Positions 29,345 to 38,974 of a stretch of 64,000 nucleotides of DNA are shown here, in pieces. The notes under the pieces are model-generated. The model saw only the letters and a program-made list of their open reading frames with translations, ran no database searches and was not told the DNA's origin. The stretch lies in the NCBI GenBank assembly GCA_965209055.1, contig OZ242374.1, positions 4,768,001 to 4,832,000 of the forward strand, read 5' to 3'. Made by a program: the position numbers and the translations under genes. Each line of letters starts with the position of its first letter. Within the stretch, counting starts at the first letter, position 1. Origin of the DNA: Acidobacteriota bacterium (lineage in GTDB: Bacteria > Acidobacteriota > UBA6911 > RPQK01 > JAJDTT01).

Positions 29345-29812
29345 TCAATTTCCCAGCAGGAGAGACAAGCGATCTCTGTTTTCAGTCCTGAAGGGATTCA
29401 GGAACTCGACTCCACCCAGGCGCCGGCCATCTTGCAGATCTTCGGTCAGAATCGACGAGCAGCGAGCACTCCGCGCGGCGGCCCAGAGCATCGCGTCCCA
29501 GAATGACAGTCCGTGTTCCTCCGCTGCTTCCATGGCATCGACCAATGCCACGTCGTCCGCTGAGGCGATATCGAATAGTCCGAGCCAATCTCGCACGAAA
29601 GCGCCCGCGTCGGCCGGACTGAGCAACCCTTTGCGGGTGGTCGCCCGAAAGAATTCCGCCAGCGACTGGATCGTCAGCACGCAGTCGCACTTCGCCGCGT
29701 GGCCCACCAAATCGACGGCTTCATGGTGCCGGAGTCCGCTATCGCGATCGACCGCGTACACCAGGATGTTGGTGTCCAGCGAGAAGCGTCTCGGGACAGG
29801 CCTAACCCGCAA
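29345..29812 (-). CDS. vapC: PIN-domain (VapC-like) toxin; 5' end possibly disrupted
   Basis: FSLDTNILVYA, QSLAEF, LSFWDAMLWAAA, ILTEDLQDG, FLNPF. Confidence 0.85.
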   Translation of the reverse strand: MRVRPVPRRFSLDTNILVYAVDRDSGLRHHEAVDLVGHAAKCDCVLTIQSLAEFFRATTRKGLLSPADAGAFVRDWLGLFDIASADDVALVDAMEAAEEHGLSFWDAMLWAAARSARCSSILTEDLQDGRRLGGVEFLNPFRTENRDRLSLLLGN

Positions 29813-29925
29813 TTCTACGCCTGCTGGTGCGTTTTGTGTCCCGGATACTTCGGCAGACGATGGACAGGTGCGGGAGAATGAGATTCATCTCGGAAACTCT
29901 TTCCTGAAGCGGGGGGCCATTCCGG

Positions 29926-30171
29926 TCAACGTTCATGGATCTCGTCACGCTCGATCCTCAGACCTCCGAGCGAGGCCCCCTTCCTCAGGCGGGTCATCAT
30001 CTGCCGGTAGGCCGCATTCCAGTTGGGGTCGGTGGTCTTGTCAGCCTGGTGGGGTACAAGCTCCGCAATCGGATGGCCTCTCCGGGTAATCAGGAATTCC
30101 TGACCGTTTTCAACCTCCTGCACCAGCTTCGAGAACTTCTGGTTGGCAACCCTCAAGGGAATGGTCCGCAT
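29926..30171 (-). CDS. Phd/YefM-family antitoxin
   Basis: MRTIPLRVANQKFSKLVQEVENGQEFLITRRGHPIAELVP. Confidence 0.9.
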   Translation of the reverse strand: MRTIPLRVANQKFSKLVQEVENGQEFLITRRGHPIAELVPHQADKTTDPNWNAAYRQMMTRLRKGASLGGLRIERDEIHER

Positions 30172-30196
30172 TGGGTTCTCCCTCTGTGACGCTCTA

Positions 30197-30212
30197 TGTA
30201 GTATATACTACA
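30197..30212 (-). promoter_or_regulatory. Perfect palindrome operator overlapping the -10 box of the TA operon
   Basis: TGTAGTATATACTACA is a perfect 16-bp palindrome containing TATACT, 25 bp upstream of the antitoxin ATG. Confidence 0.75.
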
Positions 30213-30376
30213 AATTGGCCCGCCTGTCACCTTGCCACGGTACGTTGGAGGAGCGTATTCTGAGGGATCAAACCCGAATGGCCGGCGGGCGAGCGGCCGA
30301 TCGCGATCAGGAACCGGGCGCCGCTGAAGAGCCGGTGTGAAGGAAACAGTCTAAACGGCGAAAGCAGGAGTCGACC

Positions 30377-31342
30377 ATGGCCGAAGCGTCAAACGGTTTC
30401 ATGCGGCAGTTCGAGGAGCAGGGTTACGTGGTGCTGGAGGGAATCCTGGACCCGGAACTCGATCTCCAACCCATTCTGGACCACTACGAGCGGCTCGTGG
30501 ATTCCCTCAGCCGCCGGCTCGCGAACGAAGGCGTCCTCTCCAGCACTTACGAGGACCTCCCGTTCGGGCCACGCCTGGCGGCCGTCGTCAGCGAGACCGG
30601 AGGTTCCTTCTTCCAGCAGATGGAGATCTCGCTCCCCCAGAGCGGGATTTACCCCGACACTCCAATTCATCATCCGCCCGAGGTGTTCCGTCTCCTCAGA
30701 CACCCGGGACTGCTGGATGCGGTCGAACGTTTCATCGGCCCCGAGATCTATTCGAACCCCGTGCAGCACATTCGGATCAAGCCGCCCCAGCGCCTGCTGT
30801 CCGAAGACGTGCTGCTGAACGCGCTGGTCGCGCGCACTTCCTGGCATCAGGACCAGGGTGTCGTGATCCCGGACGCCGACTCCACCAAGATGCTGACGGT
30901 CTGGGTTCCGATCACGGACGCCACCCGGGAGAATGGTTGTCTGATGGTGGTGCCGGGCAGTCACAAACGGGGATTGACTTTGCATTGCACGTCCCCGGGC
31001 AAGTTCCAGATTCCCGACCGGCTCGTCGCCCCCGGGGCCCGCCCCCTGCCGATGAAGGCCGGAGACGTGCTCTTCATGCACAAGCTGACCATGCACAGCT
31101 CTCTCGCCAACCGGAGCGATCAATTGCGTTGCAGCTTCGATCTTCGATACAACCCCATCGGAGAGCACACCGGGCGGCCCTGGTTTCCGGGATTCGTGGC
31201 GCGGAGCCGTTCCAATCCCGAGTCGGAACTCAGGGACCCGGAAATCTGGGCGGAGAGCTGGCGTCAAGCCAGGGACCACCTGGCCCAGGTTGAAAACCCC
31301 AGCTTTCAACGCTGGGTCGAAGGCGATCCTCGCTGCGCCTGA
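30377..31342 (+). CDS. Phytanoyl-CoA dioxygenase (PhyH) family 2OG-Fe(II) oxygenase
   Basis: FEEQGYVV, WHQD (HxD), TVWVPITDATRENGCL.VVPGSH, H..TMHSS..N, R.SFDLRY. Confidence 0.92.
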   Translation: MAEASNGFMRQFEEQGYVVLEGILDPELDLQPILDHYERLVDSLSRRLANEGVLSSTYEDLPFGPRLAAVVSETGGSFFQQMEISLPQSGIYPDTPIHHPPEVFRLLRHPGLLDAVERFIGPEIYSNPVQHIRIKPPQRLLSEDVLLNALVARTSWHQDQGVVIPDADSTKMLTVWVPITDATRENGCLMVVPGSHKRGLTLHCTSPGKFQIPDRLVAPGARPLPMKAGDVLFMHKLTMHSSLANRSDQLRCSFDLRYNPIGEHTGRPWFPGFVARSRSNPESELRDPEIWAESWRQARDHLAQVENPSFQRWVEGDPRCA

Positions 31343-31420
31343 GTCGCCCGGCTTCCCAATTTCCCGAGGTGTGGAGGATCCGGGAGCACGGTGACCGCGG
31401 CCCCGGTGAGAAATCCGCGC

Positions 31421-34400
31421 CTAAAATATGTACTTCACGCCCAGCATGATCCGCCTGGGCCAGGTCACGTCCCGCTGAACCAACCCGAAGCTGCCGCTGG
31501 TGGGGTTCGTCACCACCGGACCGAAGCTGGCGTGATTGAAGGCGTTCAGGAACTGGGCCTGAAAGCGGAGCCGGTGGCCCTCGGTGATGAAGGTGTCCTT
31601 GATGACGCTGATGTCCCAGAAGTCGACCGGAGCGGAACGCAGATTGCTGAAGCGGAAGGGGAAGGTCCGCTTGTGGGTCCCCTCGGGAGCCCTGGCGGAA
31701 CTCCTCTCGAATCCGGCGTTGGTGTTGAACCATTTCTCCACGGTTCCGCCCGACAGAGGCAGCTTCTTGGGGTCGAAGCCCGAGGTGGTGAACACGTTCC
31801 CGAAACTGAGGGGGAAACCGCTCTGGAGCTGCCAGACCCCGGAGACCTGCCAACCGCCCAGCCTGTGGCCGCGCCCGAAGGGCACCTGCCAGATCCCGGT
31901 GAGCTTGAAGTTGTGGGTCCGGTCGGCGGTCGCCACGACTTCGTAGGGAACCGGATCGCTGGGGTTGAGGTACTGCCGGGCCTCCATGAACTTGGACCAA
32001 CTGTAGCCGAGCATGTAGCTGATGCCTCGGCTCAGACGCCTTTCCAGCCGCGACTCCAACGCGTGATACCAGGCGTAGTTCTGATTGGTCATGCTCAGGG
32101 TCACGTTCCGGAAATGAGGGTACGGCTTGAGCAGATCGCTGCGGCTGATGTTGGCGGTGTTCAATCCCGTCCCCGGGAGGAGTCCGGCGAAGGGGTTGGC
32201 AAAAGAAGCGCCCAGCAAGGCGATGTTCGCTTCGTTGCGGTGGCTGAGGGTACTCAGATAGCGGCCCGGAAGGACGTTCAGGTTCCGGGATCCGAATCCA
32301 CCCGTCGCCCGGGTTCCCACGTACCCCACTTCCAGCAGCGTGTCCGCCGGCAGCATGTGCTGGACGGTCAGTGACCAGCGCTGGTTGTAGGGGATCTTGA
32401 CCGTGTTCTGGTCGAAGAAGCTCACGCTCTGACCCAGGTTCGTGGCCAGACCCATGCTGTTTCCGATGGGCTCCTTGAGTCCGGTGGGGAAAGGGTCTTC
32501 GAAGGTGGCAATGTAGGTGACGCCATTATCGAAGCTGGGAACCAGGTCGGTCGACTGACTGAAACCCGTGAGAATGGGCCGGAACCGGTTTCCGAAGATG
32601 CCCACCGGCTCATGAAACATCCCGTAGCCCCCGCGCAACACCGTGTCCTCGCCGAAGCGGTAGGCGAAACCAATGCGGGGAGCGAAGAGGTTGGAGGGCA
32701 CATCCCATAGTTCTCGTCGGATTCCGCCGACGCCGGCATAGGTGATCCCTCCTTTGACCTGAAAATCGCCGGGAGAGATCTCCGGAATGGGATTGGCCAT
32801 ATACGCCGCCGTCGCCGCGGCCGCGATGGGGCTGTCGGCTCCGAAGTCGAAGGTGCTCACGCTCCGGTCGAAACGCTCGGTGACCGGAGCGAAGTACTCC
32901 CAGCGAAGCCCGATGTTGACGGTCAGTTCGGGAGTCACTCGCCAGTTGTCCTGAATAAAGACGCCGTAGTAGTTGGTGTGGGCCGCGAAGTTGGCGTTCC
33001 GGTTGATGAATCCGCTGGAGGGTTGCCCCAGCAGGAAGGCGGCGAAACCCTGACCCTGCGCGCAGGGCGAGGTGTTCAGCGGCCCGTTGGTGAAATCGCA
33101 GCCGAAGCGGAAGACCGGATTGGCCCAGGTAAAGCTGGCCTGGTTGGTCAGGCTGCTGCGGAACTCCATACCCAACTTGACGTTGTGATTGCCCCGGTTG
33201 AGGTCGGTGGAGGTCTCCGCGGTGTGGACCATGGTGCGGTAGAGCGCGTTGCGGGTCTCGTCGTGGATACCGCTGAAGCCCTGGATCTGGATGTGGGGCA
33301 GCGCCGTCTCGGCCGGGTCCAATTGACTCAGCATGTTCTCCGAGAAGGGGAGGGTGGCCAGGTCGAAGAACCCGTCCGGGTGGTTCGTCTTCTTCATGCT
33401 CTTGGCGTAAGCCGGATACCCTCCGCGGTTGAAGCTGTAGCGGAAATTGAGGATGGTCGTGGGACTCACGGTCCAGACGTCGTCCAAGCCGAAGTTCCAC
33501 CGTTCGATCGCCTGCCAGAAGCCGGTGGCCAGGTTGCCGTAATAGTCCCGCCATTCACCCGACCAGTCTCCCAGGAGCGCGTAGTTCCCGAAGAGCCGGT
33601 TGCTGGGGCTGAAGGTGTGGTCCACCCGGGCGAAGTACTGGGTCCACCCGGTGGGGGAGGGAGTCACGGGCTGAAAGTTCCGGGTCCCGTCGGCTCCCCC
33701 GGTCACATTGGGCGCAGGCCAGAATTCCAGGAGTTTTTGAGAGATGGGGTGAATCTTGCTGGAGGGAATGATGTTGTTGGGAATGGGCTGCCTGGAAAAA
33801 AATCCGTCCCCCGTGGGTTGGATGGTGCCGGGGTCGTAAATCTGGTATTCGGGGCCGGCGGCCAGCAGCGCCGAAAGGTCTCCCTGCAACATGGCGGGGG
33901 TGGGCACGGTGCGGGTCCCGTAGAACTCGGTCGTCTCCTGGAAGGTGCTCTCGAAGGTGAAGGCAAAGAAGGTCTTGTCCTTGAAGACGGGCCCGTTGAC
34001 CCCGCCGCCGTAACGCCGGTAGAAGGAGGGCACCTTGTCGGCGCCGGCGCGGTTGTCGAAGAAGGCGGCGGCGTTCCAGTCGCTGTCGCGCCAGAATCCG
34101 TAGACCGACCCGTGCCACTGGTTGCTGCCCGACTTCATGGTGACGTCCATGGTGGTTCCCGAGTGGTGCCCCTTGGTGGCGTCGTAGTCGTGGGAGATCT
34201 TCATCTCCTGGACCGCCTCCGTAGAGGGCTGGACCTGGGCCTGCTGGCTGCCGCCGACGGCGTTCCCCACGTTGTTGATGCCGTTGAGGGTGAAACCGAT
34301 GGCGTTTCCGCGCGTGCCGTGGAAATAGAAGCCGGTGGCGATGGACCACCCCGGCTCGTCCCACTTCCAGCCGCCGCCCGGAGGACTCGACGCGCCGGGC

Positions 34401-34876
34401 GCCAGGATCAGCAGGTGGCTCGGATTTCCTTGGGCCAACGGCAGGGTCTCGATCCGCTCGTTGTCGATGAGGTTGCTCAGCGTGGCGTTGCTGCTCTGAA
34501 GCAACGGCGCCTGGGCCTGGACCGTCACCTCTTCCGTGACCTCGCCGACCTCCAGCGTGAAGTCCAGGAGCAGAGCATCGCCCGTCCTCAATTGGACCGT
34601 CTGCTTGATGGTCTTGAACCCGGGGAGAGACACGGTCAATTCGTATTCGCCCGGCTCCACGTAGTTGACCCGGTAGGTGCCGGTGTCGTTGCTGACGGTG
34701 GAAAGATCCACTCCGGTGGCGACGTTGGTCGCCGTCACCGCCACGCCCGGGATGACGCCGCCGGTGTCGTCCACCACGCGGCCGCCGATGGAGCCGCGGG
34801 TTCTCTGGGCCCAGACGGGACTCCAGGCCAACAGGACGACCAGCAGAAAAAGGACCAGGCCCTTCCGCTCGTTCAT
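31421..34876 (-). CDS. TonB-dependent receptor with N-terminal carboxypeptidase-regulatory-like domain (Acidobacteria-type)
   Basis: Signal peptide, GSIGGRVVDDTGGVIPGV, KSGSN.WHGS, FIQDNWRVT..LTVNIGLRWEY, FAPRIGFAY, C-terminal GVKYIF. Confidence 0.93.
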   Translation of the reverse strand: MNERKGLVLFLLVVLLAWSPVWAQRTRGSIGGRVVDDTGGVIPGVAVTATNVATGVDLSTVSNDTGTYRVNYVEPGEYELTVSLPGFKTIKQTVQLRTGDALLLDFTLEVGEVTEEVTVQAQAPLLQSSNATLSNLIDNERIETLPLAQGNPSHLLILAPGASSPPGGGWKWDEPGWSIATGFYFHGTRGNAIGFTLNGINNVGNAVGGSQQAQVQPSTEAVQEMKISHDYDATKGHHSGTTMDVTMKSGSNQWHGSVYGFWRDSDWNAAAFFDNRAGADKVPSFYRRYGGGVNGPVFKDKTFFAFTFESTFQETTEFYGTRTVPTPAMLQGDLSALLAAGPEYQIYDPGTIQPTGDGFFSRQPIPNNIIPSSKIHPISQKLLEFWPAPNVTGGADGTRNFQPVTPSPTGWTQYFARVDHTFSPSNRLFGNYALLGDWSGEWRDYYGNLATGFWQAIERWNFGLDDVWTVSPTTILNFRYSFNRGGYPAYAKSMKKTNHPDGFFDLATLPFSENMLSQLDPAETALPHIQIQGFSGIHDETRNALYRTMVHTAETSTDLNRGNHNVKLGMEFRSSLTNQASFTWANPVFRFGCDFTNGPLNTSPCAQGQGFAAFLLGQPSSGFINRNANFAAHTNYYGVFIQDNWRVTPELTVNIGLRWEYFAPVTERFDRSVSTFDFGADSPIAAAATAAYMANPIPEISPGDFQVKGGITYAGVGGIRRELWDVPSNLFAPRIGFAYRFGEDTVLRGGYGMFHEPVGIFGNRFRPILTGFSQSTDLVPSFDNGVTYIATFEDPFPTGLKEPIGNSMGLATNLGQSVSFFDQNTVKIPYNQRWSLTVQHMLPADTLLEVGYVGTRATGGFGSRNLNVLPGRYLSTLSHRNEANIALLGASFANPFAGLLPGTGLNTANISRSDLLKPYPHFRNVTLSMTNQNYAWYHALESRLERRLSRGISYMLGYSWSKFMEARQYLNPSDPVPYEVVATADRTHNFKLTGIWQVPFGRGHRLGGWQVSGVWQLQSGFPLSFGNVFTTSGFDPKKLPLSGGTVEKWFNTNAGFERSSARAPEGTHKRTFPFRFSNLRSAPVDFWDISVIKDTFITEGHRLRFQAQFLNAFNHASFGPVVTNPTSGSFGLVQRDVTWPRRIMLGVKYIF

Positions 34877-35028
34877 GATTTCCCCTCTCTAAAGGACTGT
34901 CAGGCAAGAAGTTATGGGGTAATTTACCACCATTGATAGCAGCTCTCGGGAAAGGAGTCAAATCACGGGGCCCGACGCGTCTCCCCGTTCCGGTCCGATG
35001 GTTGGCGCCACGTTGTAGAGTAGGTGAG

Positions 35029-36111
35029 ATGCGGACAAGCCTGGGTTTGCGGGTTCTGGGAACGCTTCTGCTGGCCGTCGCCGGCTTCAAATCACTGGAC
35101 TGGGCCTTTGTCGAGCTCAACGCCCGCAAGGTCGTCCTTCCCCAGTTCGACGTCCGGTTGATTCCGACCCACGATCCGCGGGTCACGAAACGGCTGGCCA
35201 GTATCCTGAGATATGAGCGGCCGCCGCAAATCATCTTTACGGGAGACTCCCGGACCAAGTGCGGATTCGACCCGGAAGTGATCGGCCGCACCCTGGGAGT
35301 CCCGCCCGAGACCTTCTTCAACTTCGGGACCGGCTCCCAGACGGTCCGCTTCACGAGGCAGGTGTTCCTGCCCGAGTTACTCCTGGGCAACGGCATCCGG
35401 ACCGGGACGCTGGTGTTCGGCGTCAGTCCCGACTGGCTCCTGACCACGGACAAGTCCACACGATTGACCCGCCTCTACCGGGATTCGCTGCACTACCGGA
35501 TGAAACATTCCGAATCGGGTGCGGAAGATCCGATCGGAACCGCGGTCTCCAATTTCCTGGCCCGTCATCTGGCCCTCTACCGCTACCGCTCCGACCTCAT
35601 CCATCAGGAGGTGATCCCGGACCTGAAGTGCTGGTTTCTGGGAGATTGCTACGTCGCTCCCTACGTGGACGCCTCCATGACCTTCCGGGAGGCGGAACGG
35701 GTGGCCGGCCTGCAGACCCGGTACGGGTGGCACAGCGATCAGTGGGCCCTGCTGACCAGCGGCGAGTACCGGAGCGAGGGGCAACGGCCCCGCTTCACCG
35801 AAGAGAATGCCGTCGATCTGGAAAATCTTTCAGTGCTGATCGACGAGGTCAGAGACGCGCGCATCACTCCCGTCTTCCTGATCATGCCCCTGCACCCTTC
35901 GTTCCTCCGGGTCCACGAACCGGCGGCCTCCCGAAACCAGCGCCTGTTGGAATCTCTGGCCGGAGAGAAAGGGGTCGGCGTCCTCTACCCTCGCCGGGAC
36001 TACTCGGACCCCCGTCTCTTCACCGACGGTCACCACCTCTCCCCTGCCGGCGCCGCCTGGTTCAGCTCCGACATCGCCCCCCGGCTCCGGCCGTACCTGT
36101 CCGGCTGTTGA
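35029..36111 (+). CDS. Membrane-anchored SGNH-hydrolase-like protein (DUF1574/DltD-like)
   Basis: N-terminal TM, IIFTGDSR (block I Ser), FNFG, FTDGHHLSPAGA (DxxH). Confidence 0.7.
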   Translation: MRTSLGLRVLGTLLLAVAGFKSLDWAFVELNARKVVLPQFDVRLIPTHDPRVTKRLASILRYERPPQIIFTGDSRTKCGFDPEVIGRTLGVPPETFFNFGTGSQTVRFTRQVFLPELLLGNGIRTGTLVFGVSPDWLLTTDKSTRLTRLYRDSLHYRMKHSESGAEDPIGTAVSNFLARHLALYRYRSDLIHQEVIPDLKCWFLGDCYVAPYVDASMTFREAERVAGLQTRYGWHSDQWALLTSGEYRSEGQRPRFTEENAVDLENLSVLIDEVRDARITPVFLIMPLHPSFLRVHEPAASRNQRLLESLAGEKGVGVLYPRRDYSDPRLFTDGHHLSPAGAAWFSSDIAPRLRPYLSGC

Positions 36112-36323
36112 GTTTCGCTGCCGCAACACAAAATCATCCGACTCTTGGCGCCCTGCCGATTCGAGTCCGTAGACTCTGCTATCTTAAAGATTCGTCGCGG
36201 TTATCTTTACGGACCCTTGATGTGGGCGCCGGCGAAGGACGAGGGGAGAATCGTGATCAACCGCCGCAAGTCGACGTGTGCCTCTCGGCCGGGCGTGAGA
36301 ACGGTCAGGAGAGGTTCGGCGAA

Positions 36324-37292
36324 ATGAAGCTGGTCGTCACCGGGAGCAACGGCTTCATCGGCCAGAACACCTGCCGGAGGCTCATCGACGTGGGCCACCA
36401 GGTCATCGGCGTCGACGACCTCTCCGAGGGTTCGTCCAGGCGCCCGGTGAATGGCGTCCGGTATCACGTCCGATGCGTCACCGACACGGAGTGGCTCCGC
36501 CGCCTGTTTCGGGAAATCCGTCCCTCTGCAGTGATCCATCTGGCTGCCGTGCCACGGGTCTCCTATTCGGTCCAGGAGCCTCTGCGGAGTGCGACGCCCA
36601 ATCTGACCGGGACCATCTCGGTGCTGAACGCCATGCTCAAAGCGGGTCTCGTGGGAGAGAGCCGGCTGGTCTTCGCCAGCAGCAGCTCGGTGTACGGCGG
36701 CGCCGACACCCTGCCCACTCCCGAGACGCATCCCTGCAACCCACAGTCGCCGTACGCTCTGACCAAGCTGCAGGGCGAACAATGGTGCCGGATGTTTCAT
36801 CGCCTCTACGGCCTGGACGTGGTGAGCCTGCGCTACTTCAACGTCTTCGGACCCGGAGCCCGTTTCGGCGGCGCCTATTCCACCGTGTTGCCGGCGTGGC
36901 TCCATCACCTGTACGTGGATCCTTCGTACCAGCCCTATCTGGAAGGGGACGGCACGCAGACGCGGGACTTCTGCTTCATCGACAATGTGGTGCAGGCCAA
37001 CGTCGCCGCGGCGGTTCGCAACCACGGTTTTTCGGCTGAAGTCTTGAACATCGGGCAGGGACAGGCCCACTCCCTGATCCAACTCCAGCAGGCCCTGGAG
37101 CAGATCAGCGGCAGAAAGCTTCCGCTGGAACGCCGGCCTCCCCGCACCGCCGACGTGGCTCACACTCAAGCGGACATCTCCCAGGCCCGGGCCGAGCTGG
37201 ACTTCAATCCCACCATCGACTTCCGTGACGAACTCTCCCGGACGGCGGCCTGGTACCGGGAACGCCGGCCGGCGCCGGCCGGGAACGCCTGA
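36324..37292 (+). CDS. NAD-dependent nucleotide-sugar epimerase/dehydratase
   Basis: MKLVVTGSNGFIG, IHLAA, FASSSSVYG, YALTK, LRYFNVFGP, GDGTQTRDF. Confidence 0.93.
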   Translation: MKLVVTGSNGFIGQNTCRRLIDVGHQVIGVDDLSEGSSRRPVNGVRYHVRCVTDTEWLRRLFREIRPSAVIHLAAVPRVSYSVQEPLRSATPNLTGTISVLNAMLKAGLVGESRLVFASSSSVYGGADTLPTPETHPCNPQSPYALTKLQGEQWCRMFHRLYGLDVVSLRYFNVFGPGARFGGAYSTVLPAWLHHLYVDPSYQPYLEGDGTQTRDFCFIDNVVQANVAAAVRNHGFSAEVLNIGQGQAHSLIQLQQALEQISGRKLPLERRPPRTADVAHTQADISQARAELDFNPTIDFRDELSRTAAWYRERRPAPAGNA

Positions 37293-37348
37293 CGCGCTGC
37301 CATGGCCCGCGGCGCCGTCACTCAGCGAAATCGGTCAGACTTCAGTTC

Positions 37349-38728
37349 ATGATCGAATGGTTCCGACATCTCGGCGCTTCGCTCTCCCGCTTCACCGAAC
37401 GCTGGGTGCCCGATTCATGGGTCATCTGCATGTTTCTGACGGCCGCGGCCCTGCTGCTGGCGGTGGCCGGAGCCGGTGTGGGCGTGGAGGCGGCGGTCCT
37501 GGCCTGGGGGACGGGCATGTGGACCCTGCTGGAGCTGGCGATGCAATTCGCCATCGCCATGGTGGCCTCCCACGCCTGCGTGTCGTCGCGGCCGGCCTAC
37601 CGTCTGCTGGACCGCATCGCCCGGATTCCGGATCCCGCGCGGCCGCTTCAGGCCGTGTTCCTTGCGGGCCTTTTCTCACTGGTCACCGGTTATCTCAACT
37701 GGGCCTTCTGCATTGTCGCCGGGGCCCTCTTCATTCCCTTCCTCTGCCGTCACAATCCCAACGCGGACGTCCGGATTCTCGTCGTCGGCGCCTACCTGGG
37801 AATGGGGACGGTGTGGCACTGCGGACTGTCCGCTTCGGCGCCCCTCATCATGGCCACGCCGGGAAACCCGCTCCTGGAACCGGCCGCGGGCCAGCCGGTC
37901 GTCGATCGCCTGTTTCCAGTCACCCAGACCCTGTTCAACCCCTTCAACCTGGTCTACATGTTCGGCATTGCCACCGTCGGCCTGGCGACACTCCTGCTGC
38001 TGCATCCCAAGCGAGGGCGGGTCACGCTCACCCGCGAACGGGTGGAGGCCATCCTGCCGCAGCCTCCCCTGCTTCCGGAAAGGATCTCGACGCCGGCGGG
38101 GACTCTGGAACGTTTCAGGGGTTGGATCGCGCTGGCGGTCGTCCTGATCCTCTATCCCCTGGGCCATACGATCGTGACCCGCGGATTCGGGACGGCTTGG
38201 ACCATCAACGGCTACAACATGCTCTTTCTGGGAGCGGCCCTGCTGCTGCACGGCCGTCCCGATTCGTTCGTCCAGGCCTGCCGCAAGGGCGCCGGCGCAA
38301 CCTGGGGCATCATCCTGCAGTTCCCGTTCTATGCCGGCATCTTCGGAGTGATGAACAACACCACGCTGGGCGCCTGGCTGGGCGACTTGTTCGCCAGGCT
38401 GGCCAGCGCCGACACCTATCCCATCGTGATCTATGTCTACTCCGGCTTCATGAATCTCTTCGTCCCCTCGGGAGGTTCCAAGTGGATGATCGAGGCCCCA
38501 TTCCTCATTCCCGCCGGCGAGGAGCTAGGCGTGTCCGTGACCACGATTCTGCTGTCGTATTCCTACGGCGACACCACGACGAACCTGATCCAGCCCTTCT
38601 GGGCCATCCCGATCCTGTCGCTGATGCGGATGCGTTTCGGGGACGTTGTGGGGTATTCCTCGCTGGTGGGCCTGGTTTGTTTCTGCTTCAGCCTTATCGC
38701 CATGCTTCTGATCCCCATCCGGCTCTAG
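37349..38728 (+). CDS. atoE: Short-chain fatty acid transporter (AtoE family)
   Basis: ERWVPDS, WHCGLSASAPL, GIILQFPFYAGI, NLFVPSGGSKW, NLIQPFWAIP. Confidence 0.88.
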   Translation: MIEWFRHLGASLSRFTERWVPDSWVICMFLTAAALLLAVAGAGVGVEAAVLAWGTGMWTLLELAMQFAIAMVASHACVSSRPAYRLLDRIARIPDPARPLQAVFLAGLFSLVTGYLNWAFCIVAGALFIPFLCRHNPNADVRILVVGAYLGMGTVWHCGLSASAPLIMATPGNPLLEPAAGQPVVDRLFPVTQTLFNPFNLVYMFGIATVGLATLLLLHPKRGRVTLTRERVEAILPQPPLLPERISTPAGTLERFRGWIALAVVLILYPLGHTIVTRGFGTAWTINGYNMLFLGAALLLHGRPDSFVQACRKGAGATWGIILQFPFYAGIFGVMNNTTLGAWLGDLFARLASADTYPIVIYVYSGFMNLFVPSGGSKWMIEAPFLIPAGEELGVSVTTILLSYSYGDTTTNLIQPFWAIPILSLMRMRFGDVVGYSSLVGLVCFCFSLIAMLLIPIRL

Positions 38729-38897
38729 GGAAGCGGCGGTTTCCTGTCGCCAGGACCGGCGGTTTTCCTACCGCCGGTTGGGGGGTAGGGGGGACGGCAG
38801 TCCCTCCTCTACGATTTCCGGACTCTACCCTTTCCAGCCGCCGAATCGCACAGAAACCAAGAAGAAGAACACGGGGGACAAGACTGTCCCCCCTCCT
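38729..38897. repeat. Cluster of REP-like hairpins
   Basis: GCGGCGGTTTCCTGTCGCC, ACCGGCGG-TTTTCCTA-CCGCCGGT and GGGGGACA-AGAC-TGTCCCCC-CTCCT (38873-38897); the last recurs at 42697. Confidence 0.6.
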
Positions 38898-38974
38898 GTC
38901 GTTGACCGGCACCCGCGTCCACGAATAGACTCGACCTGTACAGATCATTCCATGGCCTCACCAGGAAACGGCCG

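Noticed and set aside
35259-37292. 677-aa epimerase ORF and 459-aa tsaD ORF (10254) with long N-termini
   Set aside because: The extensions are off-frame overlaps of upstream genes; family motifs begin at 36324 and 10593
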